From Mobula hypostoma (taxonomy: Eukaryota), in the NCBI RefSeq assembly GCF_963921235.1, contig NC_086108.1, forward strand, positions 3,596,001 to 3,660,000: a stretch of DNA of 64,000 nucleotides. Reading direction: 5' to 3'. Position 1 is the first letter of the stretch, and every line of letters begins with the position of its first letter. The notes under the pieces are model-generated. The model worked only from the letters and a program-made list of their open reading frames with translations, made no database searches and was not told where the DNA came from. A program made the position numbers and the translations under genes. Of the stretch, positions 37,300-50,989 are shown piece after piece.

Positions 37300-40200
37300 G
37301 AGCAAGTTAAAGGAAGACAGGGGCAAGTGCAGTGGCCATCGTCTGAGTGGACAGAGTGGTGATCTTGAAGCTTTAGATCTTCGAGGCTTCAGTCAAGAGA
37401 GGCTTCACTCAGAGAAAGCAAAGGGGGGAAGAAAGCTCATTTTTTTCCTTCTCCTCTTTATATCCGCTCAGCTCGGACAGTGGAGATGCCAGACAGGATA
37501 GTGAAATGCTCCTCTTGTGGGATGTGGGAAGGCAGAGAGACCTCCAGTGTCTCTGATGCTCACAACTGCGAGAAATACATCCAGCTGCAGCTTCTAACGA
37601 ACCACGTTAAGAGGTTGGAGATGGAACTGGATGAACGCTGGACCATTCGGGAGGCTGAAGGGGTGATAGGTAAGACATGCAGAGATGTAGTTACACACAA
37701 GGCGCAGGACACAGAGACAGGGTGACAGGAAGGGGAAGGGGCTAAGTAGCCAGGGTAGAGTGCCCCTGTGGCCGCCCCCTCAACAACTTTGGATACTGTC
37801 AGGTGGCATCACCTAACAGAGGAAAGTCACGTTGGTCGGGTCTCTGGCACTGAGTCTGCCTCTGAATCAGGAGGCAAGCGGGAAGAAGAGACACACTGTG
37901 GTGATAGGGGATTCATTAGTTAGGGGAATGGACAGGAGGCTCTGTGGGTGAGAACAAGATTCCCGGTTGGTATGTTGCCTCCTGGGTGCCAGGGTCTGGG
38001 ATATCTCGGATCGAGTCCTCGGCATTCTTATGTGGAAGGGTGAACAGCCAGAAGCCGTGGTCCATGTAGGTATCAATGACGTGGGTAGGATGAGTGACGA
38101 GGTTTTGCAGAGAAAGTTCAGGGAGTTAGGTGCTAAGTTAAAGGGCAGGACCTCCAGGGTTGTGATCTCAGGATTGCGACCTGTACCACGTGCTAGTGAG
38201 GCCAGATCTAGGAAGATCATACAATTTAGGCTGTAGCTAAGGATTTGGTGTTGGAGGGAGGGCATAAGAATTTTGGATCACTGGGCTCTCTTCCAGGGAA
38301 GGTGGGACCTGTACAGAAGGGACAGTTTGCACCGGAACTGGAGTGGGAAGGGTTGTTAACACTGCACGGTGGGGCTTAAACTAGAGTTGCAGGGGGATGG
38401 GAACCAGAGTGCCAGAACGGTTAATGGAGAGGTTGTGGAGGCAGATGTTGGCAAGACCTCAGACTAAGTTAGGAATCAAAAGGTCGAGCACGGTGCGACT
38501 AGTGTTCTGAGCTGCATATATTTCAATGCATGGTGCGGCAAAATCGAAAAGGGCGAATACAGGACTGACTGTGTTGTATCTGAATGTGCACTGTATACGG
38601 AATAAGGTCGATGAACTTGCAGCACAGTTGCAGATTGGCAGGTATGCTGTTATAGGCATCACTGAATCATGGCTGAAAGATTATAGCTGGGAGCTTAATG
38701 TCCGGGGATACACATTGTATCAAAAGGACAGGCGGGAAGGTAGAGGGAGCAGCGTTATGCCATGGGTAAAAAATTAAATCAAATCATTAGAAAGAAGTGA
38801 CATAGAAGGTATTGAATCATTGTGGATAGAGCTAAGGAACAGTGAGGGTAAAAAGACCCTGATGGGAGTTGTATGCAGACCCCCAAACAGCAGTAAGGAT
38901 GTGGCCTACAAATTACAATGGGAGATAAAGGATGCATGCTGAAAGGGCAATGTTACAATAGTCATGGGGGATTTCAATATGCAGGGTAGATTGGGAATAT
39001 CAGGTTGGTGCTGGATTCCAAGAGGAGGAATTTCTAGAGTGCCTGTGAAATGGTTTTTTTAGAGCAGTTCATGGTTGAGCCCACTAGGGATCAGCTGTTC
39101 TGGACTGGGTGTTGTGCAATGAGCCAGAATTGATTAGAGAGCTTAAGGTAAAAGAACCCAGAGGGGTAAGTGATCACAATATGATCCAGTTCACCCTGAA
39201 ACTTGAGGAGAAGCTAAAGTCAGATGTATCAGTATTACAGTGGAGTAACAGGAATTACAGAGGCATGAGAGAGGAGTTGGGCAGAATTGATTGGAAAAGA
39301 ACACTGGCAGGGATGACGGCAGAGCAGCAATGGCTGGAATTTCTGGAAGTAATTCGAAAAGCACAGGACATATACAGTACATCCCAAAGAGGAAGAAGTA
39401 TTCTCAAGAAAAGATGACACGCCATGGCTAACAAGAGGTCAAAGCCAACATAAAAACCAAAGAGAGGGCATAAAATAAGCAAAAACTAGTAGGAAGTTAG
39501 AGGACTGGGAAGCTTTTAAAAGCAAAAAGAAGTCAGTAAGAAGGACTTAATGACTTTTTAAAATTGTCTTCTGTTGGCTTTTAAAAGCTTCCCAATCCTC
39601 TAACTTCCTACTATTCTTTATGGAATACAAAAGTAAGCTAGCCAATAATATTAAAGAGGATATGAAAGGTTTCTTCAGATACATAAAGTGTAAAAGAGAG
39701 GCAAGAGTGGATAGTGGGCCACTGAATAGCGATGCTGGAAAGATAGTAATGGGGGACAATGAAATAGCGACAAGCTGAATAAGTATTTTGCATCAGTCTT
39801 CACCGTGGAGGACTCAAGCAGTACACTGGAAGTCCCAGGTGTCAGGGGCATAAAGTGTGTGAAGATACCATAGCTAGAGAGAAGGGTCTTGGGAAACTGA
39901 AAGGTCTGAAGGTAAATACGTCACCTGGACCAGATGGTGTACACCTCAGGGTTCTGAAAGAGGTGGCTGAAGAGATCGTGAAGGCATTAGTAATGATCTG
40001 TCAAGAATCAGTAGATTCTGGAATGGTTTCTGAAGACTGGAAAATTGTAAAGTCACTCCACTCTTCAACAAGGGAGAAAGGCAGAAAAAAGGAAACTATA
40101 GGCCAGTCAGTCCGACCTCAGTGGTTGGGAAGATGTTGGAGTCGATTATTAGGAACAAGGTCTCAGGCTACTTGGAGTCACATGATAAAATAGACTGTAG

Positions 40201-41425
40201 TCAGCATGGTTTCCTCAGGGGAAAATCTAGCCTGACAAATCTGTTGGAATTATTTGAAGAAATAACAAGCAGGATAGACAAAGGAGAATCTGTTGGTGTT
40301 GTGCACTAGGATTTTCAGAAGTCCTTTGACAAGGTGCCACACATGAAGCTGCTTATCAAGCAATGAGCCCATGGTATTACAGGAAAGATTCTAGCACGGA
40401 CAAAGCAGTGGCTGATTGGCAGAAGGCAAAGAGTGGGAATAAAGGGAGCCTTTCTGACTGACTGCCATTTCCACAAGGGTCTTTGCTGGGGCTGATTCTT
40501 TTTATGTTATATGTCAATCATTTGGATGATTGAATTGATGGCCTTGTTACAAAGTTTGCTGATAATAGGAAGATAGGTGGAGGGGCAGGTAGTTTTGAGG
40601 AAGTAGAGAGACTACAGAAGGACTTAAGACAGATTTGGAGAATGGGCAAAGGAATGACAGATGGAATATATAGTGTTGGGATGAGTGTGGTCATGCACTT
40701 TGAAATGGAAGAGTTGACTATTTTCTACAAAAAGCTGAGCTGCAAAGGGACTTGGAAGTCCTTGTGCAAGATTCTCTAAAGGTTAATTTGCAGGTTGAGT
40801 CTGTGATGAGGAAGGCAAATGCTCTGTTAACATTCATTTCAAGATGATTAGAATATAGGAGCAAGGATGTAATGTTGAGAGTTTATAAAGCACTGGTGAG
40901 GCCTCACTTAGACTATTGTGAGCAGTTTTGGGCCCGTTATCTTAGAAAGGATGTGCTGAAACTAGAGAGTGTTTGAAGGAGGTTCATGAAAATGATTCCA
41001 GGATTGAATGGTTTGTCACATGAAGAGGGTTTGACTCTGGGCCTGTGATCACTTCAGAAGAATGAGGGTTGGCCTAATTGAAACCTATTGAATAATAAAA
41101 GGCCTCCATTGAGTGGATGTCGAGAAGACGTTTCCTATCGACGTAAAACCAAAGGACACAGTGTCAGAGTAGAAGGGTGTCCTTTTAGCATGGAGATGAA
41201 GATGAATTTCCTTACCCTGAGTGTGGTGAATCAGTAAATTTCTTTGCCACAGGCAGCTGTGGAGGCCAAGTCTTCATGCATATTTAAGGCAGAGGTTGAT
41301 AGATTCTTGATTGGTCAGGGCATGAAGGGATTTGAGGAGAAGGTAGAAGACAGACTAAGACGAAAATCAGATCAACCATGATGAAATGGCCTAGTTCTGC
41401 TTCTATATCTTTGGTCTTATTCTCT
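37300..41425 (+). mobile_element. Near full-length, heavily mutated CR1 LINE
   Basis: ORF1 remnants (VKCSSCGMWE, VVHVGINDVG), APE remnants (IRNKVDEL, GITESWL), RT remnants (SPGPDG, SQHGF), and a 3' end at ~41420. Confidence 0.92.
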
Positions 41426-41431
41426 TATGAG

Positions 41432-41958
41432 ATGATGCTGAGGATGTTCTACAAGTCTGTGGTGGCCAGTGTTATCATGTTTGCTGTTGTGTGCTGGGGC
41501 AGCAGGCTGAGGGTAGCAGACACCAACAGAATCAACAAACTCATTTGTAAGGCCAGTGATGTTGTGGGGATGGAACTGGACTCTCTGACGGTGGTGTCTG
41601 AAAAGAGGATGCTGTCCAAGTTGCATGCCATCTTGGACAATGTCTCCCATCCACTACATAATGTACTGGGTGGGCACAGGAGTACATTCAGCCAGAGACT
41701 CATTCCACCGAGATGCAACACAGAGCGTCATAGGAAGTCATTCCTGCCTGTGGCCATCAAACTTTACAACTCCTCCCTTGGAGGGTCAGACACCCTGAGC
41801 CAATAGGCTGGTCCTGGACTTATTTCCTGGCATAATTTACATATTATTATTTAATTATTTATGGTTTTATATTGCTATATTTATACTCTATTCTTGGTTG
41901 GTGCAACTGTAATGAAACCCAATTTCCCTCAGGATCAATAAAGTATGACTATGACTAT
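41432..41958 (+). mobile_element. Young Rex1/Babar-like LINE 3' fragment
   Basis: Nearly identical to the 3' end of 12870-14380, with a (GACTAT)n tail. Confidence 0.92.
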
Positions 41959-42017
41959 TATCTTCAGATAGTTGGTGTCTCAAAAGAGAGTGTCACAGTT
42001 GCTTAGCGGTTAGTACA

Positions 42018-42560
42018 AACAAGAGAAAATCTGCAGATGCTGGAAATCTGAGCAACACACACAAAATGCTGGAGGAACTCACCAGGCCTAGCAGCATCGA
42101 TGGAAAAAAACACAGCTGATATTTCAGGCCGAAACCCTTTGACAGGACTGGAGAAATAAAACGGAGGAGTAGATTTGAAAGGTGGGCGGGGGGAGTGGAA
42201 AGAGAAATGCCGGGCGATGGGTGAACCTTGGAGGGTGGGGGGGGATGAAGCAAAGACCTTGGAAGTTGATTGGTGAGAGAGACAGAAGGCCACGGAAGAA
42301 ATAAAACAGTGGGGGGGGAGGAGCACCAGAGGGAGGGAATGGGCAGGCAAGGAGATGACATGAGAGAGGGACAAGGGGATAGGAAATGGCGAAGGGTAGG
42401 GACGCACTACAGGAAGTTTGAGAAACTGATGTTCATCGCATCAGATGGGAGGCTACCCAAACGGTTTATAAGGTGTCATTACTCCAACCTAAACGTGGCC
42501 TCATCATGATAGCGGAGGAGGCCATGGATGAACATATTGGAACGGGAAGCGGAATTAAAA
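42018..42560 (-). mobile_element. Penelope-like 3' fragment / pseudo-LTR
   Basis: HGLLRYHDEATFRLE remnant, plus a degenerate hammerhead core at ~42120-42149. Confidence 0.75.
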
Positions 42561-43169
42561 TGCTTTACAGTACGGGCGACCCAGTTTGATTCCCACTGCC
42601 ACCGGTAACGAACCTGCTCACGATCAGGCGGGTTTCCCCTGGTGCTCCAGATCCCTCCCACCACCCAAGGACGTATTGGTTGGAAGGTTAATTAGCGATT
42701 GCAAATTTTCCTGTGATTAGACTCATATTAAACCATGGGATTGCTGGCTGGCACAGCTCAAAGAGCCGGAAGGGTCTATTCTGCACTGTATCGCAATCAA
42801 TCAATCAATCAATAGATAGATAGATAGATGGCATCCATCAGTAAGGATTCCCATCACCCAGGACATGCCCTCTTCTCATTGCTACCATCAGGAAGGAAGT
42901 ACAGGAGCTTGAAGACACACACTCAACGATTCAGGAACAGCTTCTTCCCCTCTGCGTCAGATTTCAGTCCAGGAACCCATGGACACAACCTCATTACTCT
43001 TTCTCTCTTCTTGCACATAGACAGCATCCAATGCCAGAAATGAAGTTCGACATTTAGTTTCCAATGCTCTGCCGGAGGGCTATGTGGGAGGGGAGGTTTA
43101 GATTGATCTTGAAGGAGGTTAAAGTGTCCTGGGCCGAAGAGTCTGTACTGTGCTGTACTGTTATACGTT

Positions 43170-43822
43170 TGCAGACTGGGAGATTGTTTTGCTGAACACC
43201 TACGCTCTCTCCGCCAGGGAAAGCAGGATCTCCCAGTGGCCACACATTTTAATTCCACATCCCATTCCCATTCTGACATGTCTATCCATGGCCTCCTCTA
43301 CTGTAAAGATGAAGCCACACTCAGGTTGGAGGAACAACACTTTATATTCCGACCTGATGGCATGAACATTGACTTCTCTAACTTCCGCTAATGCCCCACC
43401 TCCCCCTCGTACCCCATCCGTTATTTATTTATATACACACATTCTTTCTCTCACTCTCCTTTTTCTCCCTCTGTCCCTCTGACTATACCCCTTGCCCATC
43501 GTCTGGGTTTACCCCCTCCTTCTTTTCCTTCTCCCTAGGCCTCCTGTCCCATGATCCTCTCATATCCCCTTTGCCAATCACCTGTCCAGCTCTTGGCTCC
43601 ATCCCTCCCCCTCCTGTCTTCTCCTATCATTTTGGATCTCCCCCTCCCCCCTCCCACTTTCAAATCTTTTACTAACTCTTCTTTCAGTTAGTCCTGACGA
43701 AGGGTCTCGGACCGAAATGTCGACTGTACCTCTTCCTAGAGATGCTGCCTGGCCTGCTGCGTTCACCAGCAACTTTGATGTGTGTTGCTTGAATTTCCAG
43801 CATCTGCAGTCCTCGTGTTTGC
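43170..43822 (+). mobile_element. Penelope-like 3' fragment with a hammerhead motif at 43689-43726
   Basis: GIY-YIG C-terminal remnant, and agtcCTGACGAagggtctcggaccGAAAtGTCgact. Confidence 0.8.
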
Positions 43823-44486
43823 GCTGTTATACGTTTGCTGTTTTTATGGCTCCTTAAGGTTGCTGAAGCTGCTGCTGGTAATGGGGATAAGCTCCCACTC
43901 CCTCTTAGATGGTCCCAATGACGTGTCCCTCAAATAGCCTCTGACAACAAAATCCAGCTCCTGGCCTTCACGTGTGGCTTATCTACTAAGCCCAGTAGAA
44001 CCATTTCTACTGACAGCAGAAGGGGGAAAGGCACCTTAAAGCCATTTGCCCACTGGAGCTGGCAGCTCATCCAGGAGAAGGAAAACTCTGATCTCAAACC
44101 TTTCTGCTGCCTTGTGGATATACCCACTCATGGGGAAGGCTTCGGGACAAATCCAGAGCTGGAGTCCTTAAGGCAGTCCCATGTTGAATTCAACGCTGAC
44201 CGGCAACTCCTGCGATGCCAGATGGGAGGAGAAGTGAGCTTGCTACGTGGGCAACAGCTCGCTCTCCATATTGTACTGCCCTGGCTTTGCATATCTAGAC
44301 AGCTGGGATGCAGCATCCATGGTCGATGCTGACCGACAGAGGCCTCACCTCTCTGTTTTAAATCACAATTGTTAATACATGTATTTTAATATTTATAGTT
44401 TTCTAACTTATATCTTAAGCAATGGAATTGTAATATTAATTAATGGATTAAGTACAGTTTCAAAACTACAATTTTCTGTTTGTGTT

Positions 44487-44959
44487 TCATGTTTGCTGTT
44501 GTGTGCTGGGGCAGCAGGCTGAGGGTAGCAGACACCAACAGAATCAACAAACTCATTCGTAAGGCCAGTGATGTTGTGGGGATGGAACTGGACTCTATGA
44601 CGGTGGTGTCTGAAAAGAGGATGCTGTCTAAGTTGCATGCCATCTTGGTCAATGTCTCCCATCCACTACATAATGTACTGGGTGGGCACAGGAGTACATT
44701 CAGCCAGAGACTCTTTCCACCGAGATGCAGCACAGAGCGTCATAGGAAGTCATTCCTGCCTGTGGCCATCAAACTTTACAACTCCTCCCTTGGAGGGTCA
44801 GACACCCTGAGCCAATAGGCTGGTCCTGGACTTATTTCCTGGCATAATTTACATATTACTATTTAACTATTTATGGTTTTATTACTATTTAATTATTTAT
44901 GGTGCAACTGTAACGAAAACCAATTTCCCCAGGGATCAATAAAGTATGACTATGACTAT
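44487..44959 (+). mobile_element. Young Rex1/Babar-like LINE 3' fragment
   Basis: FAVVCWGSRLRVADTNRINKL...GGSDTLSQ with a (GACTAT)n tail. Confidence 0.92.
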
Positions 44960-45822
44960 TATTGACCTCCAGCTTTGGAGGAAAATTAAATTTCTACAGA
45001 TGTACCGAGGAGGGCATTCTAACTGGCTGCACTATTGTCTGGTAAAGGGGTGTCGGGGAGCGGGGGTAAGTGAGGGGGACCAACTGCACAGGATTAAAAT
45101 AAGCTGCAGACACTTGTAAAATTAGTCAGCTCCATCATGGGCACTAGCCTCCATAGTATCCAGGACATCATCAAGGAGTGATGCCTCAAAGTGAGCGGCA
45201 TCCATCATTAACAACCCCTACCACCCAGGACATGCCCTCTTCTCATTGCTACCATCAGGGAGGAGGTACAGGAGCCTGAAGACACACACTCAACGATTCA
45301 GGAACAGCTTCTTCCCCTCTGCCATCCGATTTCTGAATGGACATTGAACCCATGAACACTACTTCCTTCACGACACGCTGAAGGAACTCAGCAGGTCAGG
45401 TAGCATCCGTGGAAACGATCAGTCAACATTTCGGGCCGTAACCACAGATGCTGCCCGACCTGCTGAGATCCTCCAGCGTGTTGTGAGTGTTGCTTTGACC
45501 CCAGCATCTGCAGATTATTTTGTGTTTACGGAACACTATCTCACTATTGTTTGATTTCTATTTTTGTGTTACATATTTAATTTAACTTTTATATATATAT
45601 TAATGTAATTCGCAGTTTTTATATACCATGTACTGCATTGTACTTCTGCTGCAAAGTCAACCAATTTCACAACATAAAACCTTAGACCTCTGGTTGTTGT
45701 CCCACCCAACCTCAGTGGAACAAGCCTGCTTGCCTTTACTCTGTCTATACCCCTCATAATTTTGTATACCTTTATCAAATCTCCTCTCAATCTTCTATGT
45801 TCTAAGCAATAATGTCCTAACC

Positions 45823-46588
45823 CAGTGGTCCCCAACCACCGGGCCGCAAAGCACGTGCTACCGGGCTGCGAGGAAACGATATGAGTCAGCTGCACCTTTC
45901 CTCATTCCCTGTCACGCACTGTTGAACTTGAACATAGGGTTGCCAACTGTCCCATATTTGCCAGGACATCTCGTATATTGGGCTAAATTGGTTTGTCCCA
46001 TACGGGACCACCCTTGTCCCGTATTTCCCCTGCTAATGCAAAATGTTCCTATGAAACCGTTTGTGCTGAAATGGTGTAAAGTAAAGAAGCAATTACCATT
46101 TACTTATATGGGAAAAAGTTTTGAGCATTCCCAGACCCAAAAATAACCTATCAAATCATACCAAATAACACATAAAACCTAAAATAACACCAACATATAG
46201 TAAAAGCAGGAATGATATGATAAATACACAGCCTATATAAAGTAGAAATAATGTATGTACAGTGTAGTCGGGAAGATGAAGACAAAACCGATTTGTGGAA
46301 AAAATCGGCACGTACTCACATGTGCACGTCACGCATGCGCACACAGGTGCCCACGCAAGGCTTCATGGTCATGGTAGTCTATCCTGGGGTAAACGGAAGT
46401 GTCCCAGGATTTGACTGCTACTTTTGTCCCTTATTTGGGAATGAGAAAGTTGGCAACCCTAACCGTAAAAGACATGTTGAGTGAGTTTAACCCTACTTGA
46501 ACACTCCCCCCACCCCCGGTCGGCCGGTACGCAAGAATATTGTCAATATTAAACCGGTCCGCAGTGCAAAAAAGGTTGGGGACCCCTG
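45823..46588. mobile_element. Non-autonomous hAT transposon with a second internal TIR pair, inserted in a CR1 fragment
   Basis: Outer TIRs cagtggtccccaacc / ggttggggacccctg with an 8-bp TSD tcctaacc/tcctaaac. Inner TIRs tagggttgccaac (45935) / gttggcaacccta (46461). Confidence 0.85.
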
Positions 46589-47218
46589 TCCTAAACTATT
46601 CAGTCTTTCCATGTGACTCAGGTCCTCCAGACCTGGTAACATTCTTGAAAATTTTCTCTGTACTCTTTCAACCTTATTTACATCTTTCCTGGAGGAAGGT
46701 GACCAAAACTACACAAATGGTGGTGAATCTGTGGATCGCCAGCAGGTGGTAAGAGTGGGCCCCCTCACCTCTGTCCCTCTGACCCTCAACACAGGTGCCC
46801 CCCAGGGCTGTGTCCTAGGTCCCCTCCTTTACTCCCTGTATGCCCATGACTATGTCACCACCCACAGCTCCAATCTGCTAACTTAAATTTGCAGATGATA
46901 CTACATTGATTGGCCTTATCTCAAATAATAACAAGGCGGTGTGCAGAGAAGAAATTATCACCCTGACACAGTGGTGTCAAGAACACAACCTCTCCCTCAA
47001 TGTCACAAAAACAAAGGAGCTGGTTGTGGACTACAGGAGGAATGAAGACAGGCTAACTCCTATTGACATCAGTGAATCTGGGGTTGAGAGGGTAAACAGC
47101 TTTAAGGTCCTCAGCATACACGTCACCGAGGATCTCATGTGGTCTGTACCTACCGGCTGTGTGGTGAAAAAAGCACAACAGTACCTCCTCCACCTCAGAC
47201 AGCTGAAGAAGTTTGGCA

Positions 47219-49826
47219 TACTTTATACTTCATTGTCGCCAAACAATTGATACTAGAACGTTCAATCATCATAGTGATATTTGATTCTGCGCTTCCCGCT
47301 CCCTGGATTAGAAATCGATAGTAAATATTAAAAATTTAAATTACAAATCATAAATAGAAAATAGAAGAATGGTAAGTACGGTAGTGCAAAAAAACCGAGA
47401 GGCAGGTCCGGATATTTGGAGGCTACGGCCCAGATCCGGGTCAGGATCCGTTCAGCAGTCTTATCACAGTTGGAAAGAAGCTGTTCCCAAATCTGGCCAT
47501 ACGAGTCTTCAAGCTCCTGAGCCTTCTCCCGGAGGGAAGAGGGACGAAAAGTGTGTTGGCTGGGTGGGTCGTGTCCTTGATTATCCTGGCAGCACTGCTC
47601 CGACAGCGTGCGGTGTAAAGTGAGTCCAAGGACGGAAGATTGGTTTGTGTGATGTGCTGCGCCGTGTTCACGATCTTCTGCAGCTTCTTCCGGTCTTGGA
47701 CAGGACAACTTCCATACCAGGTTGTGATGCACCCTAGAAGAATGCTTTCTATGGTGCATCTATAAAAATTCGTGAGGGTTTTAGGGGACAGACCAAATTT
47801 CTTTAGTTTTCTCAGGAAGTAAAGGTGCTGGTGGGCCTTCTTGACAGTGAACTCTGCTTGGTTGGACCAAGTCAGGTCATTTGTGATATTGACCCCGAGG
47901 AACTTAAAGCTTTTGACCTGTTCCACTTGCGCACCACCGATGTAAATGGGGTCATGCGGTCCGCTACTCCTTCTGAAGTCAACAACCAATTCCTTCATCT
48001 TGCTGACGTTGAGGGATAGGTTATTGTCTTCACACCATGCCACCAGGTACTTAATTTCCTCTCTGTACTCAAACTCATCATTACCCGAGATACAATTGTT
48101 GTGTCATCAGCAAACTTATATATTGAGTTTGATGGAAACTTGGCTACACAATCGTGGGTGTACAGTGAGTACAGCAGGGGGCTGAGTACACAGCCTTGTG
48201 GGGCACCGGTGCTCAGAGTGATTGTAGAGGAGAGCTTGTCCCCTATTTTTACAGACTGGTTCCTGTCTGTGAGGAAGTTGAAGATCCAGCTGCAGATCTG
48301 AGTTCTAAGGCCCTGGTTCCAGAGCTTAGGAATCAGTTTATTTGGAATGATGGTATTAAAGGCAAAGCTGTAGTCAATGAAAAGGAGCCTTACGTATGCG
48401 TCTTTATTCTCCAGGTGTTCTAAGGAGGAATGTAGGGCCAGAGAGATGGCATCTGCCGTTGACCTGTTGCTCCGGTAGGCGAATTGCAAAGTGTCGAGGT
48501 TGACCGGTAGGCTGTGGTTGATGTGTGCCATAACCAATCTCTCGAAGCACTTCATAGCAATTGATGTCAGAGCCACAGGTCAATAGTCATTCAGGCATGT
48601 CACCTTGCTCTTCTTCGGCACGGGGATTATCGTTGCCTTCTTAAAACACGAGGGGATCTTAGACTGAAGCAAGGAGCAGTTGAAGATGTCAGCAAACACT
48701 CCAGCTAGCTCACTTGCACAGGCCTGGAGAACCCGTCCCGGGACACCATCTGGGCCCGTCGCCTTCCTTGGATTTATCTTCAGGAAGGCCCTTCTAACGT
48801 CCTCCTCGGTGACGATGAATCTCGATGCCACCAGGTCCCGTTCATCAGGAGGGAGCGGGACACTCCTCTTCTGTTTGAATCTTGCGTAGAATACCTTAAG
48901 TTCGTCAGGAAGAGAAGCGCCACAGTTATTGATATTCCCAGCCTTTTCTTTGCGCCCAGTGATCTCATTTAGACCCTACCACAGTCTACTGGCATCCATC
49001 TGGTTAGCCTGGGCTTCCAACTTGGCTTGATATTGCCTCTTGGCGCCCTTAATGGCTTTCCGGAGTTCACGCCTGGATTCTGTGTAGCGACTGGTATCCC
49101 CGGACCTGAAAGCCGCAGCTCTAGCCTTTACAAGGGACTTGACCTCATAATTCATCCAAGGTTTCCGGTTAGGGAATACCCGGATCGTCTTGTGAGACAC
49201 ACAGTCCTCTGTGCATTTCCAGATAAAGTCCGAGACAGCTGAGGCATACTCATCGAGGTTAGCTGCCGAGTCCTTGAATACTAACCAGTCCACCGATTCA
49301 AAGCAGTCACGGAGGACCTCATCTGTTTCCTCCGTCCAACGCAACACCACTTTTGACACCGTGACCTTCTGCTTCAGTTTCTGTTTGTAAGCCGGGAGGA
49401 GGAGTACGGCCTGATGGTCTGATTTTCCGAAGTGAGGTCGTGGGACGGAACAATAGGCATCCTTGACTGCTGTGTAGCAGTGGTCAAGTATATTCAGGCC
49501 TCTAGTGGGGCAGGAGACATGTTGGTATAAATTTGGCAGTGCCTTTCTGAGGTTGGCCTGGTTAAGGTCGGTGAAACAGAATACACAGCGGTTCTGCATC
49601 TCCCTGCAGTAGGTGCGTCTCCCTTTAAGATCATCCACCTTGTTCTCTATGGCTTGCACATTAGCTAGTAGGGTGGTGGGCATAGGGACCCTGAAGCCCC
49701 TCAGCTTCAATCTGACCAGCAGCCCAGCTCTTTTCCCACGCTTCCTCGGTAAATAGTGCATCTTTCCAGGTTTCCATCGATGCAGTGTGTTGTTGTCAGC
49801 TCTTTGAGGTTGGTGGACGCGTCCCC
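47219..49826 (-). mobile_element. Long Rex1/Babar-like LINE (APE + RT) with frameshifts and deletions
   Basis: ORFs 48976-49899 (LANVQAIENKVDDL, LDHCYT, SDH), 48580-48831, 47995-48576 (KFADD) and 47441-48043, with an (AAGTAT)n tail. Confidence 0.9.
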
Positions 49827-50989
49827 TAATCCTGAGGACAACTGAGAACATCCTGACTGGCTGCATCACTGCCTGGTATGGGAACTGTACCTCCCTCAAT
49901 CACAGGACTCTGCAGAGAGTGGTGCGGACAGCCCAGCACATCTGTAGTTGTGAACTTCCCATGATTCAGGACGTTTACAAAGACATGTGTGAAGAAAGGG
50001 CCCGTAGGATCATTGGGGACCCGAGTCACCCCAGCCGCAAACTGTTCCAGCTGCTACCATCGGGGAAACGGTACCGCAGCATAAGAGCCAGGGCCAACAG
50101 GCTCCAGGACAGCTTCTTCCAGCAGGCCATCAGACTGATGAAATCACGCTGACACAATTTTATTTCTAAGCTATACTGACTGTTCTGTTGTATATCTTAC
50201 TGTACATACTATTTATTACAAATTACTATAAATTGCACATTTCACACTCAGATGGAGGCGTAAAGTAAAGATTTTTATTCAGAGCTTTCTTCATCATGTC
50301 AGTATCTTCCTCCCGGTTTTCACTACTGTCAGTCATGCAAGTCCCAGGTGGAGGTTCAGGAATACCGTCACACTCAAGCGTGGAAGGATTCCACATTACT
50401 GTTTCCTTAACAATTCCATCACAGCACCCAGGCCGTGCTCTCTTCTCACTGCTGCCATCAGGTAGAAGGTACAAGAGCCTCAGGACTCACACCGCCAGGC
50501 TCAAGGATAGTTACTACACCTCAACCATCAGGCTCTCGAATAAAAGGGCATAACTACACTCGCACCCCATCACTGAGGTTCTCCCACAACCAATGATCAC
50601 TTTAAGGACTCTTTATCTCATTATCTCATGTTCTCATTATTTATTGCTATTTATTTATATTTGCATCTGCACAGTTTGTTGTCTTCCGCACTCTGGTTGA
50701 TCTTTCATTGATCCTGTTATAGTTACTATTTCATAGATTTGCTGAGTATGCCCACAGGAAAATGAATGTCAGGGTTGTATATGGTGACGTACATGTACTC
50801 TGATAATAAAAATTGTTTTGAACTTTGACTTTTACCAGTCAAGGTCGTTACCCCTGAGCTGAACGCCCAAACCTGGAGGACCAGTGGACCACTCTTAGTC
50901 TGGCCTCTACCCTTTGACCTGTTTGGCATGGGTGACCCCACCAAGAACCAAAGCATAAAGTCCCGACTCTAGCCAGCATTCACTAGCGT

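Noticed and set aside
48976..49899. 307-aa ORF as a single protein (likewise the N-terminus of 13655-14470)
   Set aside because: The ORF runs across the junction of two different elements, so its N-terminus is a chance read-through.
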